From the NCBI GenBank assembly GCA_013331805.1, contig DUFS01000017.1:22909-34497 (forward strand): a DNA stretch of 11,589 nucleotides. The letters are read 5' to 3'. The position numbers and the translations under genes were made by a program. The DNA is from Candidatus Micrarchaeota archaeon (GTDB lineage Archaea > Micrarchaeota > Micrarchaeia > Anstonellales > Anstonellaceae). Positions within the stretch are counted from its first letter, which is position 1. Every line of letters begins with the position of its first letter. Positions 7,294 to 11,589 of the stretch are shown one piece after another. The notes under the pieces were generated by a model that worked only from the letters and a program-made list of their open reading frames with translations, searched no databases and was not told the origin of the DNA.

Positions 7294-8040
7294 ATGGCGG
7301 AAAACATACTTTCGCATTCTTTCGCCGCATATTCGCGCAACATAAGGATGATTTCGTTCTTCTCAATCCCGGCATTCATCGGCCTTCTCATCCCGCTTCT
7401 TGTCAACACCCCGGTTTTTTCGGCTCTCGGGGCGACCTTCCTTCGCACCGGCAGCATCCCCGACCTGTCGGCAGCCGACTTCGGGGTCATTCTCCTGTCC
7501 CTTCTCGCCTCGCTTTACCTGGTTTCCTTTGCAATAGTAAACATCAACATAGTAATCAAGGCGCAGCGCACAGGCACCTCGGTGAAAAACGAGGTGGTCA
7601 AGGGCATAACCGGCTACACGCTCAACGTCTTCATCCTTTTCCTCCTGGGAACAATCGCGCTTCTCATCATCCAGCTCCTGACACTTGAGCTTGGCGCGCA
7701 GAACCTTCTTGCCCCGATACTCTCGCTCCTTGTCTGGCTGCCCCTCTTCTACGCGCCTGCCGGGCTGGTGATAGACGAGCTCCGCCCCTGGCGCGCTGCC
7801 GAGAAATCCTTCAAGATGGTCTTTTCGAAATTCAACTACTTTGCCCTGTGGCTTGCGATATCTTTCGTGCTTCTTTCTCTGCTCGACCTCATCTTCCTGA
7901 ATCTGGGCGCAGTCTTCCCGGTATCCACGCACAAGATAGGCTCGCTTTTCGTGCTGCTCATCAATTCGCTGGTGCTCATGCCCTTCCTCGTTGTTCTCCA
8001 GACCGAGATTTACATAAGCAAGTATTCGATACTGGACTAG
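7294..8040 (+). CDS. Hypothetical polytopic membrane protein (about 6 TM), 248 aa
   Basis: Start revised to 7294 (MAENILSH). Multiple long hydrophobic segments. 'YAPAGLVIDELRPWRAAEKSFKMV' resembles the loop motif of YciC/UPF0259-like or GDPD membrane-domain proteins (weak recall). Confidence 0.8.
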   Translation: MAENILSHSFAAYSRNIRMISFFSIPAFIGLLIPLLVNTPVFSALGATFLRTGSIPDLSAADFGVILLSLLASLYLVSFAIVNINIVIKAQRTGTSVKNEVVKGITGYTLNVFILFLLGTIALLIIQLLTLELGAQNLLAPILSLLVWLPLFYAPAGLVIDELRPWRAAEKSFKMVFSKFNYFALWLAISFVLLSLLDLIFLNLGAVFPVSTHKIGSLFVLLINSLVLMPFLVVLQTEIYISKYSILD

Positions 8041-8062
8041 TCCTGAAAAAGGGTGCTTCAGC

Positions 8063-8305
8063 CTACTTAAGAAGATTAGCGGACTGCCCTGCAATGAGCG
8101 TGGCTGCGCCGGTGATTGCCGCAACGACTATGCCCCCGGCAATGAGCGCATAGGCTGTTGAAATGTACTTGCCCCGCTGGTCCGAGGGCTGCGTCTGCGC
8201 CAATCCGTAGGAAAGGCCGCCGAGCACAATGAGTATTACCGACACTAAGGGACCTATCTGGAGAAGGACGTTCTGTATTCCCGTAAGAGTGTCGACGACA
8301 GCCAT
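8063..8305 (-). CDS. Small two-TM hairpin protein, TrbC/VirB2 pilin-like, 80 aa
   Basis: Start revised to 8305 (MAVVDTLTGIQ...), preceded by GGGGTGGGTGG, with TTTTATA (minus strand) at 8345-8339. Architecture: amphipathic helix, TM (IGPLVSVILIVLGGLSYGL), short polar/basic loop (QPSDQRGK), TM (YALIAGGIVVAAITGAA). The pilin assignment is inference from architecture. Confidence 0.7.
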   Translation of the reverse strand: MAVVDTLTGIQNVLLQIGPLVSVILIVLGGLSYGLAQTQPSDQRGKYISTAYALIAGGIVVAAITGAATLIAGQSANLLK

Positions 8306-8380
8306 CCACCCACCCCGATAGTGGTTTTGCTCCCAAGCTATAAAATCCTGCCGTTTCCCCATGCCAAATCGGGGGCGCCT

Positions 8381-8415
8381 TTTTATATTTTTCCCCTTTT
8401 ATACAGCCAGAGGTG
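8381..8415 (+). promoter_or_regulatory. TATA box (TTTTATAT, 8381-8388) and Shine-Dalgarno GAGGTG (8410-8415) for the 36-aa acidic ORF
   Basis: Consensus-like archaeal TATA. The SD sits 6 nt before ATG 8422. Confidence 0.65.
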
Positions 8416-8421
8416 TGAAGC

Positions 8422-8532
8422 ATGGGCGACCTTTACCATCTTCCAATTTACCGAATCGACGAAGAGGAGGAAGACGACGAGGGCGACGAGGAGGACTTCG
8501 ACGAGGACTGGGAGGACGAGGAGGAGGAATAG
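8422..8532 (+). CDS. 36-aa hyperacidic microprotein MGDLYHLPIYRIDEEEEDDEGDEEDFDEDWEDEEEE (not in ORF track)
   Basis: Translated by hand from ATG 8422 to TAG 8530-8532. 22 of 36 residues are D/E. Has an SD and TATA upstream, a T-tract downstream and host-like GAG/GAC codons. Confidence 0.78.
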   Translation: MGDLYHLPIYRIDEEEEDDEGDEEDFDEDWEDEEEE

Positions 8533-8560
8533 CTTCTTTTCGATTTTTCTATTTTTTTCT
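8533..8560 (+). terminator. Oligo-T archaeal-type intrinsic terminator
   Basis: CTTCTTTTCGATTTTTCTATTTTTTTCT directly follows the TAG of the 36-aa ORF (T4, T5 and T7 runs). Confidence 0.6.
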
Positions 8561-8565
8561 TAAAA

Positions 8566-8898
8566 TCAGTTTAATTTTCTCAAGCCTTCAGATGGCATGC
8601 TCCTATCTGAAAATTTCTTCTTCGCCATATTCTCGGCTAGGTCAAACTGGTAACTATTATGAAATCCGAAAAATTGGTTTAGAGTTTTTTTATCCATGGT
8701 CATTCCGTTTTTCTCTGCGTAGCCAATAATCTCATTTTTCCCGATTTCAATGTGCTTAACTTGTTTGCTGGTTTCTTTCCAAGCCTCTGGCCTGCCTCCT
8801 CCTTCAGTTTTTATCAGTTCAATGATTCTTTTTTTGGTATTGTTTAGGGCATTATTTGCACTAACGACAGCCTTTGTTGTCACGGATTTATTGTTCAT
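8566..8898 (-). CDS. Low-GC orphan hypothetical protein, basic, about 110 aa
   Basis: Start revised to 8898 (MNNKSVTT...) because palindromic TATTTAAATA (8925-8934) lies 26 nt upstream. About 39% GC by hand count over 8581-8880. 20 K/R versus 12 D/E. No recognisable motif. Confidence 0.6.
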   Translation of the reverse strand: MNNKSVTTKAVVSANNALNNTKKRIIELIKTEGGGRPEAWKETSKQVKHIEIGKNEIIGYAEKNGMTMDKKTLNQFFGFHNSYQFDLAENMAKKKFSDRSMPSEGLRKLN

Positions 8899-8924
8899 GG
8901 AAACCAATTCAATCTGGATGGAAG

Positions 8925-8934
8925 TATTTAAATA
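8925..8934 (-). promoter_or_regulatory. TATA box TATTTAAATA with upstream purine-rich AAGAGAGG
   Basis: Perfect 10-bp AT palindrome 26 nt upstream of ATG 8898 on the minus strand. Confidence 0.5.
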
Positions 8935-9026
8935 ACCTCTCTTAACCACATCTTTCCAGAAGTTGCATCCACTTCCCAATCTGTGGCAACCAGCGGTAAA
9001 AAGACCGGCAAGGAGGCCAACTCCGG

Positions 9027-9034
9027 TTTATAAA
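9027..9034 (+). promoter_or_regulatory. TATA box TTTATAAA (probably leaderless transcript)
   Basis: Consensus archaeal TATA ending 22 nt before ATG 9057. No SD in between. Confidence 0.65.
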
Positions 9035-9056
9035 GCACATTTCGGAATTCCAAGAT

Positions 9057-9329
9057 ATGGCGACAATAGAGGAGGAAATCATCCATTGGTGGAAGGACGA
9101 GAAAGGCGAGTCCCACAGGAACGCGCTTCGGCTGGAGTCCGAGCCAGCCTCAGAGCCCAACGGCTTCCCCCGCGACGGCGTGATAACGCTTCGCATAATG
9201 AACAGCGTTGCCCAGCAGGCCATCAAGCTCTCGCCCGACGAGGCGCTTCGCATCAGCACCCAGCTTCTCTCGGTTGCAAAGGACCTGATGAACCAAAAAA
9301 GGCAGATGTGGAACCACCATGATGATTAG
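9057..9329 (+). CDS. Hypothetical protein, 90 aa (beta strands followed by a long C-terminal helix)
   Basis: Host-like GC (about 58% by hand count over 9061-9300), its own TATA box, and a globular-looking sequence (VITLRIMN...AIKLSPDEALRISTQLL). Confidence 0.8.
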   Translation: MATIEEEIIHWWKDEKGESHRNALRLESEPASEPNGFPRDGVITLRIMNSVAQQAIKLSPDEALRISTQLLSVAKDLMNQKRQMWNHHDD

Positions 9330-9345
9330 ATTTCGAACGGATCAC

Positions 9346-9400
9346 GTTAATGCCCCTGCTCAGGGATCACCTGCCGCCCACCCATTGGGCAGGGGCAAAC
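9346..9400. other. GC-rich stem-loop between convergent genes
   Basis: TGCCCCTGCTCA (9351-9362) pairs with TGGGCAGGGGCA (9386-9397): 11 Watson-Crick pairs plus one U-G on the + transcript. The stem is extendable by GTT(9346-9348)/AAC(9398-9400) and by inner GGG/CCC. Confidence 0.65.
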
Positions 9401-9406
9401 CTCCCA

Positions 9407-10171
9407 CTATGGTCTTGGATGTTCGTTTATCCTACTCATTAAGTCTCCAACCCCATTCTTCTCAAATACCCCATTGGCAACATCTTTCACAACCGCGATA
9501 CTTTCACTGTCTTTTGAATTGTTTAACGAACGGATTAGCCACAGCATGATATTATCTTTGTCCCCATCTTCCCCTTCACTACTGCTGTACGTTTCCATCC
9601 GTTCCTTGAAATATGCAGCAATTTCCTTGGGCTTCTGTTTCCCAAAATCACCGTATTTTTTCACATTGAGATTCATTCTTTGGAATGTGTTGGATTCTCC
9701 AAGCCGCCAGGATAGCCCGACAAGTGCCATCATGTCTTTTGCAGTGAAATTATATATCTTCATTACAGACTCGGCCATAGCCAGTTCAGGTATGCCATCC
9801 TTCCTTTTTACAAAGATAGGGTCGTTACTTCCTGCAAGAAAGGTCTTGGTCCAAAAAAAAGCCGCTCCTTCGCTCTGACCGATCTCTCGCATATTGCAAT
9901 AAAATTTTTTCATCTCATCCTTTAATTTTTGTGGAAGGCGGCGGATTCTATCGATATCTCTATTGCTTAATCCCCCTCTGAACAAATTTTTTATGGTAAC
10001 GTAAAAACCAGTTTCTATCCCAAATCGATTATTGAAATCGCTTTGGAATTCTGCATTTAATTTTGGCTTGTCTGGCTGCGCTTTCCCTTCCTTTAGCTCA
10101 TTTTCCTTTATCACAACATTGAGTGGTATCCTTCTGCCAGTCTTCATTGCAGACTCCTGGAATACGAACAT
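9407..10171 (-). CDS. Low-GC orphan hypothetical protein, 254 aa, predicted soluble/helical
   Basis: Long ORF in AT-rich DNA (about 38% GC in hand-counted samples). SD-like GAGGCGG upstream of the ATG. No motif recognised. Confidence 0.72.
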   Translation of the reverse strand: MFVFQESAMKTGRRIPLNVVIKENELKEGKAQPDKPKLNAEFQSDFNNRFGIETGFYVTIKNLFRGGLSNRDIDRIRRLPQKLKDEMKKFYCNMREIGQSEGAAFFWTKTFLAGSNDPIFVKRKDGIPELAMAESVMKIYNFTAKDMMALVGLSWRLGESNTFQRMNLNVKKYGDFGKQKPKEIAAYFKERMETYSSSEGEDGDKDNIMLWLIRSLNNSKDSESIAVVKDVANGVFEKNGVGDLMSRINEHPRP

Positions 10172-10276
10172 TTCAACCGCCTCTGAAGGGTTCTGGCAGC
10201 AACACTTTAAGGGGGTTTCGTCCCTGCAGGTAGCTAATCTTTTATTTTATTGTCCCCATCTTCTGCAATCGGTTGC

Positions 10277-11452
10277 ATGGAGCAGTTTGACGTTGCAATT
10301 ATCGGCGCAGGCCCAGCGGGCACATACGCGGCTTACTCCTCGTCAAAAGCAAGCCTGCGCACGGTTGTTTTCGAGGAGCACGGGCGCATAGGCGAGCCCG
10401 TGCACTGCGGCGAGTGCCTGTCCGAGCTTGCATGCAGGAGGCTGGGACTGGAGCTTCCCGAGGAGGCAATCTCCATGCGCGTGAAGGGGATAAAGCTGGT
10501 CTTTCCCAACAGAAAGTATTCCTACATAAACGAGCCTGGCTATGACCTGGAAAAGGAGAAGTTCGAGCAGTTCTTAGGAAAGCTCGGGCAGGAGAAAGGC
10601 GCAATTTACAAGTTGAAGCACCGTGTGACTGCACTCAAGCGCGAAGGGGGTGAATGGGCAATTTCAACAACCGCAGGCGAGTACTCTGCGAAGCTGGTCA
10701 TTGACGCATCTGGCGTGGCAGGCGTTTCCTCCAGGCTTCTCAATCTCAATCCCGAGCCTGCGAAAGTGGTGGGCCTGCAGTACGAGCTTGCGCCAATCGA
10801 GTCGGACGGCTTCATAGAGTTCCTGCTCTGGCCCAGCCTGGCGCCCCACGGCTACCTCTGGGTAATCCCGAAGAGCAACGGAAGGGCGAATGTGGGATTG
10901 GTGACAGACGATCCTCCGAAAACCCGCCAGTTGTTGGAGCAGTTCATTTCGGAATACGGACTTTCGGAAAGGAAAAGGGTGGGCAAGATGGCGTTCGGCG
11001 GCTTCATACCCTCATCTGGCGCTGTAAAGAACACCTACTCCGACGGGTTAATGCTGGTGGGGGACGCTGCAGGCTTCACCTCGCCCATGTTCGAAGGCGG
11101 CACCTCGCTTGCCATGACGAGCGGAAAGTTCGCCGCAGAAGTAGCCCTACAGGTAATTTCAAATGGGGACACCTCGCAATCTGCATTGGCAGCATACGAG
11201 TCCTTGTGGAAAGCCGAATTTCCGGACTACTCAAAATTGGTCGCTGCAAAGGAATCAGTCTACAAGTTCAATGACGCAGAATGGGACAGGATAGGCTCGC
11301 TCATCCCCAGGGACCTCACCACGATTTCCACGCTTCACAGGCTGCAGATTGGCGCCAATGCGATCATCCGCGAGCCCGGCATTTTCATGAAAGGCTTTGT
11401 TCCTGCCATGGAGGCGCTTGGCAAGTCCAGGGCAAAGCATTATGGCTGGTGA
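10277..11452 (+). CDS. Geranylgeranyl reductase family flavoprotein (digeranylgeranylglycerophospholipid reductase-like), 391 aa
   Basis: Start revised to 10277 (MEQFDVAIIGAGPAG, GxGxxG). Motifs PVHCGECLS, VIDASG, PHGYLWVIPK (PxxYxWxFP-like), ANVGL and VGDAAGFTSPMFEGG. AT-rich TTTATTTTATT lies about 25 nt upstream. Confidence 0.9.
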   Translation: MEQFDVAIIGAGPAGTYAAYSSSKASLRTVVFEEHGRIGEPVHCGECLSELACRRLGLELPEEAISMRVKGIKLVFPNRKYSYINEPGYDLEKEKFEQFLGKLGQEKGAIYKLKHRVTALKREGGEWAISTTAGEYSAKLVIDASGVAGVSSRLLNLNPEPAKVVGLQYELAPIESDGFIEFLLWPSLAPHGYLWVIPKSNGRANVGLVTDDPPKTRQLLEQFISEYGLSERKRVGKMAFGGFIPSSGAVKNTYSDGLMLVGDAAGFTSPMFEGGTSLAMTSGKFAAEVALQVISNGDTSQSALAAYESLWKAEFPDYSKLVAAKESVYKFNDAEWDRIGSLIPRDLTTISTLHRLQIGANAIIREPGIFMKGFVPAMEALGKSRAKHYGW

Positions 11453-11473
11453 AAAGCCGCAAACTACTTCTCA

Positions 11474-11512
11474 TGTACAAAAATATACATTAATGTACAG
11501 ATTTGTTTATAA
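11474..11512 (+). promoter_or_regulatory. Three phased T(G/A)TACA hexamers (putative operator) followed by TATA box TTTATAA
   Basis: TGTACA(11474-79)-AAAA-TATACA(11484-89)-TTAA-TGTACA(11494-99), which contains the perfect palindrome TACATTAATGTA (11486-11497). TTTATAA at 11506-11512. Confidence 0.6.
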
Positions 11513-11548
11513 GCATTTTTGGCAAATCCAGTCCATAAGGTGCAATGC

Positions 11549-11589
11549 ATGTTCGTCAAGGCAACTGACCCGCTTGCAGCTTGCGCAAT
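11549..11589 (+). CDS. Start of a CDS truncated by the window edge (MFVKATDPLAACA...)
   Basis: AGGTG SD (11538-11542) 6 nt before ATG 11549, TATA upstream, and the frame is open to the end of the window. Only 13 codons are visible. Confidence 0.5.
   Translation, partial: MFVKATDPLAACA

Noticed and set aside
7294..8040. Membrane protein as the VirB6/CedA partner of the pilin-like gene
   Set aside because: It is convergent rather than co-transcribed, and its sequence pattern looks like a generic YciC/GDPD-membrane-domain-type protein. There is no positive evidence for VirB6/CedA.
7363..8124. 253-aa minus-strand ORF and other long antisense ORFs (e.g. 1536-2075, 4044-4517, 6526-7071, 7068-7688, 9474-9878)
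   Set aside because: Shadow frames overlapping well-supported genes, with no motifs or expression signals.
8458..8529. GAG/GAC trinucleotide-like repeat as a microsatellite or CRISPR-like array
   Set aside because: Imperfect, in-frame Asp/Glu codons with no repeat-spacer structure.
8321..8729. ORF-track ORFs 8361-8729 (RRRGGRRRGRRGG, protamine/RGG-like) and 8321-8563 (Thr/Arg-rich)
   Set aside because: They are the alternative frames of the GAG/GAC codons of the 36-aa acidic ORF. They lack an SD and run through the TATA and T-tract, whereas the acidic frame has an SD, start and terminator.
8950..9027. Short imperfect inverted repeats (GTTGC..GCAAC, ACCGG..CCGGT) between the divergent 8898 and 9057 starts
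   Set aside because: Arms of about 5 bp are expected by chance, and no consistent structure is evident.
9364..9372. GGATCACCT, matching the 16S rRNA 3' end
   Set aside because: Only 9 nt match and the flanks do not resemble the 16S 3' terminal helix, so this is not an rRNA gene or fragment.
9330..9406. Possible tRNA or fluoride riboswitch in the GC-rich intergenic region
   Set aside because: No cloverleaf with a properly placed T-arm. TAATGCCCCTGC only loosely resembles the fluoride riboswitch 3' part, the 5' GGNGATGG element is missing, and the site is downstream of both genes.
10163..11557. Shared 'MFV' N-terminus of the 254-aa orphan and the truncated ORF at 11549 as a targeting signal
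   Set aside because: Three residues in two proteins, one with only 13 visible codons, cannot be distinguished from chance.

Overview
Gene-dense archaeal window, judged from archaeal-type GluRS, type-2 IDI, a geranylgeranyl reductase, TATA boxes about 22-26 nt before starts and GGAGG/GAGGTG ribosome-binding sites. The compact layout, a Cys-rich repeat family and a VirB2-like small membrane protein suggest DPANN, possibly Micrarchaeota (inference). Gene order: tatD (5'-truncated), NYN/LabA-DUF88 protein, bcp, gltX, two tandem 257-aa Cys-rich paralogs, fni, 2-TM hypothetical, amrB/MEMO1, multi-TM hypothetical, 80-aa pilin-like protein, a 36-aa hyperacidic microprotein missing from the ORF track, a low-GC orphan, a 90-aa hypothetical, a GC-rich hairpin, a second low-GC orphan, geranylgeranyl reductase, and a phased TGTACA repeat before a gene truncated at the right edge. 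I found no rRNA, tRNA, CRISPR array or transposase. The most notable items are the acidic microprotein with its own expression signals, the Cys-rich paralog pair, the eukaryote-like GluRS motifs, the hairpin/uORF leader of fni, two 51-bp divergent promoters with a central TATA, and the phased operator-like repeat. All family calls come from motif recognition by eye; no searches were run.
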